From Candidatus Curtissbacteria bacterium RIFOXYA1_FULL_41_14 (GTDB taxonomy: Bacteria; Patescibacteriota; Microgenomatia; Curtissbacterales; GWA2-41-24), in assembly GCA_001775095.1 (NCBI GenBank), contig MFCA01000025.1, positions 181,232 through 245,231 of the forward strand: a stretch of DNA of 64,000 bases, written 5' to 3'. Position numbers and translations under genes: made by a program. This document shows, one piece after another, positions 20,466 through 30,111 of the stretch. The notes below the pieces were generated by a model, which saw nothing but the letters and a program-made list of their open reading frames with translations, did no database searches and was not told where the DNA came from. The stretch's first letter is position 1; every line of letters starts with the position of its first letter.

Positions 20466-22382
20466 TTACTCTTTGACTACTTCGCCTTCCTGAACTTCAC
20501 CGGTGTCGCTGTCTGCTTTTGCTTTAGCCTCTTCTGTTTGCCCGTCCGGCTCTTTTGGCTCTTCTGGCCCCTTTGTACCTTCTGGTTCTTGTTTTTGATA
20601 CATCGACTCGCCTATTTTGGAAAGAACGCTGGAAAGCTCTTCACTTTTAGTTTTGACCTCATCAATCGGAGCAGATGATTCGATTTCTTTAAGAGCTTTA
20701 ATCTTTTCTTCAACCTCAGTCTTAACATCTGCCGGAACCTTGTCCCCGGCATCTTTAAGCGCTTTTTCGGCCTGATAAACTAAAGCATCGGCCCGGTTTC
20801 TGGTTTCTGTCTCTTCTTTTTTAGTTTCATCCTCTTTGGCATGTTCCTCGGCCTCTTTGGTCATCCTTTCAATCTCGTCTTGAGTCAAGCCTGTTGAGCC
20901 GGTAATCTTAATTGATTGTTCTTTATTTGTAGCTTTATCTTTGGCCTTGACGTTTAGAATTCCGTTGGCATCTAGATCAAAAGTGACCTCAACTTGAGGA
21001 ATTCCTCGAGGTGCCGGCGGAATTCCATCAAGAATAAACCGACCGAGTGATTTGTTATCGCTAGCCATTGGCCTTTCTCCCTGAAGAACATTAATTTCAA
21101 CAGAGGTCTGATTATCGGATGCTGTGGAGAAAACTTCTGTTTTGGAAGTCGGAATAGTGGTGTTTCTGGTTATCAGGGGAGTAGAGACAGCTCCCAAAGT
21201 TTCGATTCCAAGAGTTAGAGGCGTGACATCTAGAAGAACCATTTCCTTCATTTCTCCGCCCAAAACTGCTCCTTGAATAGCTGCTCCGACAGCCACAACT
21301 TCATCGGGATTCAAACCCTTATGCGGTTCTTTACCAAAAAAATCTTTAACTTTGGAAATAACAAGCGGCATTCTGGTCATACCGCCAACTAAAATAACTT
21401 CGTCAATCTTTTTGGCATCAAGTTTGGCGTCTTTGAGACAGTCGCGTACCGGGCCAAACGTTTTGTCAACCAATTCACCGATTATCGATTCGAGTTTTGC
21501 CCTTGAAAGCTTAAGCTGCAAATGTTTGGGTCCAGTTTGATCAGCTGTCAAATAGGGAATAGAAATTTCCGTTTCAGCGGTGGTAGAAAGTTCAATTTTA
21601 GCCTTTTCGGCAGCATCTCTTAGCCGCTGCAGCGCTTGTCTGTCTTTGGATATATCGATACCGGACTCTTTCTTAAATTCCTCTGATAAAAATTCGATAA
21701 TTTTCGCATCAAAATCATCTCCGCCAAGATGGGTATCCCCATTAGTTGCCTTAACTTCAAAAACACCCTCTCCAAGTTCCAGAGTCGAAATGTCAAAAGT
21801 TCCGCCGCCAAGATCGTAAACGGCAATAGTATGAGCATGTGCTTTATCAAGACCGTAAGCTAGTGCAGCCGCTGTCGGTTCGTTGATAATTCTCTCGACC
21901 TTAAAACCAGCAATTTCTCCGGCTTGTTTAGTAGCCTGGCGCTGAGAATCATCGAAGTACGCGGGAACAGTGATCACTGCTTGTTCCACCTTACCGCCAA
22001 GATAGCTTTCGGCATCGGCTTTCATTTTGCCCAAGACCATTGCCGAGATTTCCTGGGGGGTATAGTCTTTGCCTTCGACACTGACAACTGCCATGCCATC
22101 GCGACCTTCTTTAATGTCATATGGCAGCCACTTCATGTCCCTTTGAACTTCAGCATCTTTAAATTTGCGGCCCATCAGTCTTTTTATGGAAAAGATGGTA
22201 GTTTTAGGATTAACAACCATCTGGCGTTTGGCGACATCGCCGACGATGTGTTTTACAGGGTCGACAACCGACGGAATGATATTCCTGCCTTCTGCAGAAT
22301 GGATAACTTTAGGTTTCCCGGCTTCAACCACGGCAACTACCGAATTGGTTGTTCCTAAATCGATACCGATGATTTTAGACAT
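20466..22382 (-). CDS. dnaK: Chaperone DnaK
   Basis: [45 protein letters not shown]. Confidence 0.99.
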   Translation of the reverse strand: MSKIIGIDLGTTNSVVAVVEAGKPKVIHSAEGRNIIPSVVDPVKHIVGDVAKRQMVVNPKTTIFSIKRLMGRKFKDAEVQRDMKWLPYDIKEGRDGMAVVSVEGKDYTPQEISAMVLGKMKADAESYLGGKVEQAVITVPAYFDDSQRQATKQAGEIAGFKVERIINEPTAAALAYGLDKAHAHTIAVYDLGGGTFDISTLELGEGVFEVKATNGDTHLGGDDFDAKIIEFLSEEFKKESGIDISKDRQALQRLRDAAEKAKIELSTTAETEISIPYLTADQTGPKHLQLKLSRAKLESIIGELVDKTFGPVRDCLKDAKLDAKKIDEVILVGGMTRMPLVISKVKDFFGKEPHKGLNPDEVVAVGAAIQGAVLGGEMKEMVLLDVTPLTLGIETLGAVSTPLITRNTTIPTSKTEVFSTASDNQTSVEINVLQGERPMASDNKSLGRFILDGIPPAPRGIPQVEVTFDLDANGILNVKAKDKATNKEQSIKITGSTGLTQDEIERMTKEAEEHAKEDETKKEETETRNRADALVYQAEKALKDAGDKVPADVKTEVEEKIKALKEIESSAPIDEVKTKSEELSSVLSKIGESMYQKQEPEGTKGPEEPKEPDGQTEEAKAKADSDTGEVQEGEVVKE

Positions 22383-22423
22383 ATATATCCTAATTTATCC
22401 GAATTTGATTGTCCGAATTTATC

Positions 22424-22957
22424 CTAATGCTCTAACTTAGTATATTCGGATTCATTCGTATTATTTTCATTCGTATACATTTGTGTGTTTTTTCCTTCTT
22501 CGGCTTTTTCTTCAGTCTTTTGGTCTATCTGCTGCCTCTCAACTGCAACTTGCGCCGGCCGCAAGACCTTACTATTTATTTTATAACCTTTCCTGATAAC
22601 CTTGGCAATCATGCCATCATTTTGGCCTTCGACAACTGATGTTGCTTCGTGTAAATTCGGGTCAAATTTACTTCCCTGTGCTTCTATTTCTTCAACTCCT
22701 TCTGAGGATAAAACATCTCTAAACTGCTTAATAACCATTTCCAAACCCTCATCCTTTAAGTGCTTCTGCGCATTTTCAAGATTATCAAGAACCGGCAGAA
22801 ACCTTTCAATTAGAATTGCACTTGAGAGTTGGCCAAGTAGCTTTCTTTCCTCTTCTACGCGTCTTTCAAGATTTTGGTAGTCCGCAAGAGCTCTTTTTAA
22901 CTGCTCCTCAAGCTGTTTACTTTTACTGTCGATTTTTGGCAATTGTTTTTTACTCAT
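22424..22957 (-). CDS. grpE: Nucleotide exchange factor GrpE
   Basis: RALADYQNLERR, FLPVLDNLE, FDPNLHEA, GYKINSKVLRPAQV. Confidence 0.96.
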   Translation of the reverse strand: MSKKQLPKIDSKSKQLEEQLKRALADYQNLERRVEEERKLLGQLSSAILIERFLPVLDNLENAQKHLKDEGLEMVIKQFRDVLSSEGVEEIEAQGSKFDPNLHEATSVVEGQNDGMIAKVIRKGYKINSKVLRPAQVAVERQQIDQKTEEKAEEGKNTQMYTNENNTNESEYTKLEH

Positions 22958-22961
22958 AAGA

Positions 22962-23681
22962 TTAAACTCCTAAGCTTGATAATAGTTGCGAAAAGTACCT
23001 CATTGTTGGAATAATCACCTGATAATTAAGTCGGGATGGACCTACTACTGCCAAAACGCCCCGGTGACTGGGCATCTGATAACGGGAAATCACGAACCCA
23101 CAAGGCTCAAGATACGGCACGCCCAATTCCTCACCGAAAAGTATTTTTATCTGTTCTTCTGTTGAAAGTTGGCCAAAGATCGCAGAAAGCATCTCTGCTT
23201 TATCAAGCATCGAAAGCACGGTTTTGGTGATATCGATATCGTAAAACTCCGGCATGTCTAAAATATTGGCCATACCAGACGCGTATATATCGTTTTCTTC
23301 GTCAGTTGCCAGTGCCATAGAGTGAGTTTGATCTGCCAAAACCTTGGCGGTATGGCGAAGGAGTTTGTCGAATCTTTCTTTCTTTTCGCCAAGTTCTTCT
23401 TTAATAGCAACTTCATCTTTTAGAGAAAGAGACTTTTCTTCCATCAATTGATCAACATAAAATTTCATACCGACTGATGTAGGAATCCGACCAGCGGAGG
23501 TGTGCGGTTGTCGAAGATAACCAAGGCTGGTCAGTTTAACCATCTCGTTCCTGATGGTTGCCGGCGAAACCCCAAGTTTTGATTCTTTTTCAATAGTTTC
23601 AGAACCGATTGGTTCGGCGGTTTCGATATATTTTTCGATAACTGCACGAAGCAGATTTTTTTGTCGATCAGTAAGGTCCAT
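22962..23681 (-). CDS. hrcA: Heat-inducible repressor HrcA (short)
   Basis: LTDRQKNLL..IEKYIETAEPIGS, SPATIRNEM, QPHTSAGRIPT, VVGPSRLNY. Confidence 0.95.
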   Translation of the reverse strand: MDLTDRQKNLLRAVIEKYIETAEPIGSETIEKESKLGVSPATIRNEMVKLTSLGYLRQPHTSAGRIPTSVGMKFYVDQLMEEKSLSLKDEVAIKEELGEKKERFDKLLRHTAKVLADQTHSMALATDEENDIYASGMANILDMPEFYDIDITKTVLSMLDKAEMLSAIFGQLSTEEQIKILFGEELGVPYLEPCGFVISRYQMPSHRGVLAVVGPSRLNYQVIIPTMRYFSQLLSSLGV

Positions 23682-23818
23682 CGTAAAATTCCTTCAGAAT
23701 TTAGTTATGAGTTCTGAGGGATGAGTAGTGAGTTTGATGTAATTTCTCAATCCCCAAATCTCAGTACTCAATACTTTTTAATGGCGAGTGGGCAGTTAGG
23801 GCATCTCGCCGTTATTGT

Positions 23819-23895
23819 CCAGATACTATACAGTATCTGGTTTAAACAGATATCGTATGGTATCTGTTTAAACGGGTACCGTACGGTGCCTGTTT
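23819..23895. repeat. Three tandem ~26-bp palindromes in the hrcA leader
   Basis: ccagatactatacagtatctgg / aaacagatatcgtatggtatctgttt / aaacgggtaccgtacggtgcctgttt. Confidence 0.8.
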
Positions 23896-23931
23896 AGCAG
23901 ACAATGTACCACGAGTGCTAATCGTTGTCAA
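23894..23931 (-). promoter_or_regulatory. hrcA operon promoter overlapped by a CIRCE-like operator
   Basis: Minus strand TTGACA-N17-TACATT (23931-23903); TTAGCACTC-N10-GTCTGCTAA (23921-23894) versus consensus TTAGCACTC-N9-GAGTGCTAA. Confidence 0.75.
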
Positions 23932-23987
23932 GCCCCCGGCAAATTAGCAATCCAGACATAATTCTGGTATATTTATAGGCCTTAATT

Positions 23988-24623
23988 ATGACAGAAAGAC
24001 GCCTGAAAGAAACAATTGCAACTTATAACGCTGTTGCTTCCGACTACGAACAGCGAACTAATCATCTTGCCCCCACAGAAGAACTGCCAAGATTTACCAG
24101 ATTACTTGCGGCTGGCGCTAAGGTTTTAGATGCAGGTTGTGGTTATGGTCGGGAGCTTCGCCATTTTGTAGATCAAGGATTTATCACATATGGAATTGAT
24201 CTCTCCGAAGGCATGCTTGCAAGAGCAAGACAAAGAACTCCAGAGGCAAGTATCTTAAAGATGGATGTTAGAAAATTAGGTTTTCAGGAAGATTTCCTTG
24301 ATGGTGTTTGGTGCCGGGGAGTATTGCATCATTTGGAAAGAAATCAAATACAAAAAACATTAATTGGGATAAAACGCATACTTAAATCTGATGGGATTTT
24401 GTTAGTCATTTGTCAAAGTGGGACTGGCGAAGCAAAAGTAGAGGAAGAATTAACCTGTGGAAAGCCAAGATTTTTTACTTATTTTTCTGGAAGTGAGCTT
24501 GCGACACTGGTAGCGGACTCGGGTTTTGCTTTAGTAGAAGGGTATACCTACAATGAAAAAGAGCGTTACGGCACAGGTCGAGCAAATTTGAATTTCATAG
24601 TTGTCTTAGCTAGAAAGCCTTAA
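23988..24623 (+). CDS. Class I SAM-dependent methyltransferase
   Basis: VLDAGCGYG, GIDLSEGML, GVLHHL. Confidence 0.9.
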   Translation: MTERRLKETIATYNAVASDYEQRTNHLAPTEELPRFTRLLAAGAKVLDAGCGYGRELRHFVDQGFITYGIDLSEGMLARARQRTPEASILKMDVRKLGFQEDFLDGVWCRGVLHHLERNQIQKTLIGIKRILKSDGILLVICQSGTGEAKVEEELTCGKPRFFTYFSGSELATLVADSGFALVEGYTYNEKERYGTGRANLNFIVVLARKP

Positions 24624-24705
24624 AAATTTACCTAAATACTCTAATGATCTAGATTATTAGAGTGAGTCTATAATCTGAGAGAGCTCTCAATTTTATTAAT
24701 GCGAC

Positions 24706-25132
24706 TCAGAGGCTTTTGAGAAAAGCTTCGATTGTGGGGTAAAATTCGTCGAAAATGAGATAATGGCTTTCGGCTTTTTTCTGATCTCCGATTAAAATAC
24801 ATTTCTTGCCAAGGCCGTAAGCTATTCCGGCTTCAATATGGGCGGATTTGCCGGCAGGTAAAAGCAAAATGAGAATTTGTGAGTTTTTAAGTCCTTCAAG
24901 ATCCTTTTCAAAAATTTTCCTGACCCTTTGATCTTTTTGCCATTTCTTTGTCGATTCAAACTTTTTCATGACTGATTCTGGATCAAGCTTTGAATCAAAA
25001 ATAGAGAAAACTTTTTTTACTTCCCTCGAAGAAACTAAAAACTGTTTTATCTCTTTTTCGCAATCCTTTGACCAGTTCAAGCACTTTATCCCGATTGCGC
25101 CATCTGGAAGCAATAAAATACTGATATTTCAT
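24706..25132 (-). pseudogene. Nucleoside 2-deoxyribosyltransferase-like gene split by a +1 frameshift in an A7 run
   Basis: ATG25132 gives MKYQYFIASRWRNRDKVLELVKGLRKRDKTVFSFFEGSKK then soon stops; the C-terminal frame has DLEGLKNS..LLLPAGKSAHIEAGIAYGLGKK; removing one A at 25012-25018 joins them. Confidence 0.7.
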
Positions 25133-25148
25133 ATGAGGTCAAAAAGGC

Positions 25149-25655
25149 TTAAGAAGCTTTTGGCTGAATCTGAAAGCTTAATACATCCTTCGGGGATATT
25201 CCGTTACGAGGATCTTCACTCCTAATGAATTGACCTTGGTCACCTTCTTTGAATCTCTGGAACCTGAAACCATACCCAACAGAGCCCCTCGCAAGATTCA
25301 ATTCCATTTCTAATCTGCCTGGCCTTTCTGCTAAAGATTCTGGTAAATCTAAGGGAGGATCGACCAATAGGAAAAATTTTATACTGCTTCCATTATCTAC
25401 CTTTAGGTGAGGGATTTCTCCCGACCACTCGTTATACGTCGGTTCTAATACTTCCACTGCGAGCTTCGCATCTTTAGGCATTCTATCCTTATAGACAGGT
25501 TTAATGACCGTGTCCCAAAGAAAACTAGCTCTTTGTTCGAAAGCAGTATTTCCTCGTAGGGCATTCCATATATCCGCACATCCATTTAACCGCTCGTTAA
25601 GAGCTTCAACATGCGCCTGTTCGCTTTCAATTTCAGCCTGATCTGGACTTTGCAT
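25149..25655 (-). CDS. Hypothetical protein
   Basis: 168 aa ORF with no recognised motif. Confidence 0.6.
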   Translation of the reverse strand: MQSPDQAEIESEQAHVEALNERLNGCADIWNALRGNTAFEQRASFLWDTVIKPVYKDRMPKDAKLAVEVLEPTYNEWSGEIPHLKVDNGSSIKFFLLVDPPLDLPESLAERPGRLEMELNLARGSVGYGFRFQRFKEGDQGQFIRSEDPRNGISPKDVLSFQIQPKAS

Positions 25656-25703
25656 TATAATAAAATACTATCACAGGGTAGTAGTTAATTTCAAAATCGC
25701 CCT

Positions 25704-27620
25704 TTATAGTTTTAATACCGCAAGGAATGCTTCCTGGGGTATGTCTACTTGGCCGAATCTGCGCATGCGTTTTTTGCCTTTTTTTTGCTTTTCCAAAAGC
25801 TTCATTTTGCGCGTTACGTCGCCACCGTAGAGTTTTTGAGTGACGTCTTTTCTGAAAGATGGCACGGTTTCGCGGGCAATGATTTTACCGCCGATGGCTG
25901 CTTGAATCGGAACTGGAATTTGCTGGCGGGGAATAGCCTCTTTTAACTTTACCACTAAACTTTTGCCAACAGTTTCTGCCTTTTGACGCGGAACAATCTG
26001 GACCAAACCCTCAATTGGCTGATGGTTTACCAGAATATCAAGTTTTACAAGGTCGGCATCTTTATATTCGGTGACTTCAAAATCAAACGAGGCGAAGCCT
26101 GACGTTGCACTTTTTAATTGATCATAGAAACCAATCAATAAATCCAGAAGCGGCATCAAGACTTCGATTTTTAAGGTTTTGCCGATATTTTCGAAATTTA
26201 AAATCTCTCCACGTCTTTCATGAATTAAATTGGAAATTTGTCCATAGAATTTTTCCGGTGCGTAAATTACTACTTTGGCATAGGGCTCCTGAACGTTTTT
26301 TGAAGCAGGATTAAACTGGGATGGTTTGTTAATTATCTTCCCATCTACTTCGAAATTGACTGAGGGTGAAGTCACGATAATATCCAAGTCGTATTCGCGC
26401 TCAAGACGTTCCTGAGTAATTTGGGCATGAAGTAGGCCTAAAAAACCAAGGCGAAATCCTTGCCCTAAGGTGAGTGATGTCTCACTTGAGTATGTCAATG
26501 ATGAGTCGTTTAGTTTTAACTTGTCCAAACCGTCTTTCAATTTGAGTAGCTGGTGCGGATCGGTTGGGTAAAATGACAAAAAAACAACTGGTTTTGCCTC
26601 CTGATAACCGGGTAAAGCCTTAGGATTAAGAGTACCAGAAAGAGAAATCGTATCCCCGACTTTGACTTTTGACAGATCTTTGAGGTTTGTGACGAGAAAA
26701 CCTACTTCGCCACAGAAAAGTTTTTCGACATAAGTTGGTTTTGGAGAAAGATACCCGACTTGCAGGACTTCTGCCTTGGTACGTGTTGCCAGAAATAAAA
26801 TTTGACCACCTACTTTGATTTCACCGTCGAACAGGCGGACAGTAGCGACGACTCCTTTATAAGGATCAAGGGCGGAGTCGAAGATTAGTGCTTGAGTCCC
26901 CTTTTTCACTCCCGGAGTGTTCTCCCGGTGTTGGCCAGATTTCACTCCGGGAGTGTTGGCAGAAGACGAACCGGGTTCGCGCGCTTGCTTTTCGACTGTC
27001 CTTGAACCCGGTTCGGGCCAAGAGTTTGGTGCAGGAATTCGATCAATAATCGCTTTGATAACTGACTCGACATTCTCGCCAGTCTTTGCGGAAACCTTGA
27101 GGATTTCTTCTTCCAAAAATCCTAAACTAATTAATTCTTCCTGAGTTTTTTTTATTTCTGCCTGAGGCATGTCAATTTTGTTAATAACTGGAATTATCAT
27201 TAGATCCGCCTCCTTTGCCAAATTAAAGTTAGCGATCGTCTGAGCTTGGACACCCTGAGTGGCATCGACAATCAGAACTGCCCCTTCAACTGAGGCCAAA
27301 GATCTGGAAACTTCGTAGGAAAAGTCGACATGGCCGGGGGTGTCAATGAGGTTTAGCGTATAAGCAAAGCTTGCGGTCCTCGTCGAGTCAAGACTCGACT
27401 GCGGGCCTAAGGAATTAGCGTCTAGCGTATAGTTAAGACGGATGGCTTTAAGTTTAATAGTGATGCCGTGTTCGCGCTCAAGTTCCAAATTATCCAGAAG
27501 TTGGGCTTGGTGATTTTGAGAAACTGCGCCGCATATTTCCATAATCCTGTCGGCCAAAGTTGACTTGCCGTGATCGATATGGGCAATTAAAGCAAAGTTG
27601 CGGATGCATCTTTGATCCAT
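25704..27620 (-). CDS. lepA: Elongation factor 4 (LepA) with two in-frame palindrome-derived insertions
   Basis: IAHIDHGKSTLADR, NLIDTPGHVDFSYEVSRSL, GFLGLLH, KLYGGDVTRKMKLLEKQKKGKKRM. Confidence 0.97.
   Translation of the reverse strand: MDQRCIRNFALIAHIDHGKSTLADRIMEICGAVSQNHQAQLLDNLELEREHGITIKLKAIRLNYTLDANSLGPQSSLDSTRTASFAYTLNLIDTPGHVDFSYEVSRSLASVEGAVLIVDATQGVQAQTIANFNLAKEADLMIIPVINKIDMPQAEIKKTQEELISLGFLEEEILKVSAKTGENVESVIKAIIDRIPAPNSWPEPGSRTVEKQAREPGSSSANTPGVKSGQHRENTPGVKKGTQALIFDSALDPYKGVVATVRLFDGEIKVGGQILFLATRTKAEVLQVGYLSPKPTYVEKLFCGEVGFLVTNLKDLSKVKVGDTISLSGTLNPKALPGYQEAKPVVFLSFYPTDPHQLLKLKDGLDKLKLNDSSLTYSSETSLTLGQGFRLGFLGLLHAQITQERLEREYDLDIIVTSPSVNFEVDGKIINKPSQFNPASKNVQEPYAKVVIYAPEKFYGQISNLIHERRGEILNFENIGKTLKIEVLMPLLDLLIGFYDQLKSATSGFASFDFEVTEYKDADLVKLDILVNHQPIEGLVQIVPRQKAETVGKSLVVKLKEAIPRQQIPVPIQAAIGGKIIARETVPSFRKDVTQKLYGGDVTRKMKLLEKQKKGKKRMRRFGQVDIPQEAFLAVLKL
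26907..27015. repeat. Two twin-palindrome elements inside lepA
   Basis: CACTCCCGGAGTG (26907) + CACTCCGGGAGTG (26943); CGAACCGGGTTCG (26967) + TGAACCCGGTTCG (27003); both pairs start 36 bp apart. Confidence 0.85.
27372..27412. repeat. Hairpin element inside lepA, with an intergenic copy at 58915-58954
   Basis: tgcggtcctcgtcgagtcaagactcgactgcgggcctaagg. Confidence 0.85.
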
Positions 27621-27667
27621 AGATGAAAGTATAGCAAAGGTGGGGTTAGGTGAGATACGAATTCCTT

Positions 27668-27806
27668 AAATCCGAAGCACGAAATCCGAAATCCTAAACA
27701 ATATCAAAATCCAAATTACAAAAATTCAAAACTGGAAATTTAGTTTGGAATTTGGAATTTAAAAATTAGAATTTGTTTCGAAATTCGAATTTAGATATTA
27801 GGATTT
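27668..27806. repeat. Heptamer-built inverted-repeat element
   Basis: aaatccgaagcacgaaatccgaaatcctaaacaatat ... ttagaatttgtttcgaaattcgaatttagatattaggattt. Confidence 0.75.
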
Positions 27807-27814
27807 ACCGAATC

Positions 27815-29482
27815 CTACGGATTCGGTTGCTGGGCATCGATAGACGTAGGTGCAGGTCTGGCTAGCTTGGCAGGTAATCGGATAATTCTTTTGGCAAAAT
27901 TATAAAAAACGACGATCTGCTCAACCTTAAACAGCCAAGAAAGCAAAAGATAAACGGAAAGACCCACAGCTGTGGCAATGGAAGTTAAAACAATTAACTC
28001 AATGGTTCTGGTAGTATCAAAAACTAATTGGTCTAAGAGTTTCATCGGGATATAAAGAAAAATGGCAGTGACAAGACTAATTGCCGACATTTTCAAAATA
28101 GGTAAAAATAGCTCTTTTTGGACAAATTTAACTTTTCTATCTAACAAAAATAAAAGTAAAAGGACATTAATTATATTGGCAGTTGAATAGGCAATCGCAA
28201 GATAAACAATTGAAAGTTTAAAAATAAGGATAAATACAAAACTTAGGAAAATATTAAAAACGACAGTTAAAACATTTATCTTTACGGGCGTAACACTGTC
28301 CCTTAGAGCATAAAATCCCCTGGTTAAAAGCAGGCTCGCTGCTTGCGCGGCAATACCAATTGAAAAGGCAATTAACACTCTACCTGTTAAGAGGGTCGTT
28401 TCCCAAGGAAACTCTTTGGCGCCGAAAACTAGCCTTACAATAGGAACTCTAAGAATCGCCAAAATTGCAGCCGCCGGCAAAATCAAAAAGAGAATTTGGT
28501 GGAGTGATTCAACAAAAATCTTCTTAAATTGCTGATATCTTTTGGCATTAAATTCAATTGAGAGTGATGGCAGAGAGGCTTGAGCAATCGATGCGGCAAA
28601 AAGAGCCGCCGGCACATACTGTAAAACTTGGGCGAAATTAAAAGCGACAATTGAGCCAACTGTGGCGATTGAAGCTAAGGCAATATTGATCATATCTGAA
28701 ATCCTTACTAAGCCAAGAGCAATTGAACGTGGCCACATCAGAGAAAAAGTCTCACGCACATCTTTATTTTTAATATCGAGAACTGGTCTAAATTTAAAAC
28801 CAAGGGACAGTACAAGAGGTAATTGGACTACAAGATGAAGGAGTGCTCCCAGAATCATACCGATTGCCGGGGCATAAATACCAAAGACAGGTACCAAAAA
28901 TATTATTGAGACAATAATACCAATGTTATAAAAAACTGAAGCTAAGGCTGGAACCAGAAATCTCTGAAAAGACTGCAGGATCCCGGTTAAAAATATTGAA
29001 ATAACAAAAAACAACTGGGCTAGGATCATAATTCTTATAAGCCTAGCTATTAAAGGTAAGGTCATTGGATCTTTAGAAATAAGGCCGGGAGCAATTATTG
29101 GGGCGATAAATTTAGCGCAAATAATGACAAGGGCCGAAATGACAACAAAGGCTACAAGACTTAGGGTAATCATCGCGGAAGAAAGATGCCAGGCTTTTTC
29201 TAATTTATCTTTTGATAAGTATTGAGAAAAAACCGGAATGAAGGCAAGAGCAATTGTCCCAAAAATTAACACTTCGAAAATAGCCTCGGGCAAAATTGAT
29301 GCCGCAATGAAACTATCGAGGAGCTTGATGTTGTCACCAAAATACGAGGCCAATAGTCGGTAACGAACAAGACCTAAAATTCTTGAGAGGGCAACAGAAA
29401 AACCGATAACAAATGCGGCGGAAAGAATATCCTCCTGTCTTTTTTTAAAAAAGTTGGCTCCGTTTTTGAGAATATACAACAT
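27815..29482 (-). CDS. murJ: Lipid II flippase MurJ
   Basis: SRILGLVR, LAFIPVF, GILQSFQRFLVPA, RGFYALRDSVTP; many TMs. Confidence 0.92.
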   Translation of the reverse strand: MLYILKNGANFFKKRQEDILSAAFVIGFSVALSRILGLVRYRLLASYFGDNIKLLDSFIAASILPEAIFEVLIFGTIALAFIPVFSQYLSKDKLEKAWHLSSAMITLSLVAFVVISALVIICAKFIAPIIAPGLISKDPMTLPLIARLIRIMILAQLFFVISIFLTGILQSFQRFLVPALASVFYNIGIIVSIIFLVPVFGIYAPAIGMILGALLHLVVQLPLVLSLGFKFRPVLDIKNKDVRETFSLMWPRSIALGLVRISDMINIALASIATVGSIVAFNFAQVLQYVPAALFAASIAQASLPSLSIEFNAKRYQQFKKIFVESLHQILFLILPAAAILAILRVPIVRLVFGAKEFPWETTLLTGRVLIAFSIGIAAQAASLLLTRGFYALRDSVTPVKINVLTVVFNIFLSFVFILIFKLSIVYLAIAYSTANIINVLLLLFLLDRKVKFVQKELFLPILKMSAISLVTAIFLYIPMKLLDQLVFDTTRTIELIVLTSIATAVGLSVYLLLSWLFKVEQIVVFYNFAKRIIRLPAKLARPAPTSIDAQQPNP

Positions 29483-29577
29483 GAATTAATTAACCAATTG
29501 ACCTATTTGACCTATTTGACCTAAAATTACCGGGGTCACAAAAGTTTAGTGAATTAATACTTAGAAATTTTATCGAT

Positions 29578-29844
29578 ATGCCGGTAACAAAACAAGCAAT
29601 CAAAAAGGTCAGAGCTGATAAGCGAAAGACGATTATCAATCTTAGAGTTAAAAAAAACCTTAAAAAAACAGTTGCGGCTTTTTCTAAAAACCCGACGACC
29701 GCAGCTTTAAAAACTGTTTATAAGCTGGCAGACCGTGCGGCAAAAACCAATATAATTCACAAAAATAAAGCGGCGCGTTTAAAATCAAGGCTCTCAAATC
29801 TAGTAAAATCTCCAACTAAAACTCGAAAAAAGTCTAATCGTTGA
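29578..29844 (+). CDS. rpsT: 30S ribosomal protein S20
   Basis: MPVTKQAIKKVR...DRAAKTNIIHKNKAARLKSRL. Confidence 0.95.
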   Translation: MPVTKQAIKKVRADKRKTIINLRVKKNLKKTVAAFSKNPTTAALKTVYKLADRAAKTNIIHKNKAARLKSRLSNLVKSPTKTRKKSNR

Positions 29845-29880
29845 CATCGCGGTATACTAAATATTATCCTTATATAAGTA

Positions 29881-30108
29881 ATGATGAAATCTGCTCGAGT
29901 TATCGGCATTGTATCTTCAGGTTTAAGCTGGCTAACCTTAGCCACGGATGCTTTTGCCCAAACTGCGACCCAATCTGCAAGTAAAGGCGGCACGAGTGGC
30001 GCTCTCCCCAATGCAGGTACAACCGGACTAACCTATTTGATATTTGTGGGTGGTGTAATTTTGTTTGTTTTCGGTACTATCAAGTTGATCTTAAGCTATA
30101 GAAATTAA
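29881..30108 (+). CDS. Very small secreted protein with LPNAG sortase-type sorting signal
   Basis: Signal peptide ending AFA, ~15-aa S/T/G linker, LPNAG, TM helix, short basic tail. Confidence 0.7.
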   Translation: MMKSARVIGIVSSGLSWLTLATDAFAQTATQSASKGGTSGALPNAGTTGLTYLIFVGGVILFVFGTIKLILSYRN

Positions 30109-30111
30109 ATC

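Noticed and set aside
23819-23895. Possible mini-CRISPR array
   Set aside because: Palindromic units abut with no spacers, are divergent, and no cas genes are present
25704-27620. Inteins or self-splicing introns explaining the insertions in LepA and other proteins
   Set aside because: Inserts are only 40-110 bp and lack intein C/S...HN ends and group I/II cores
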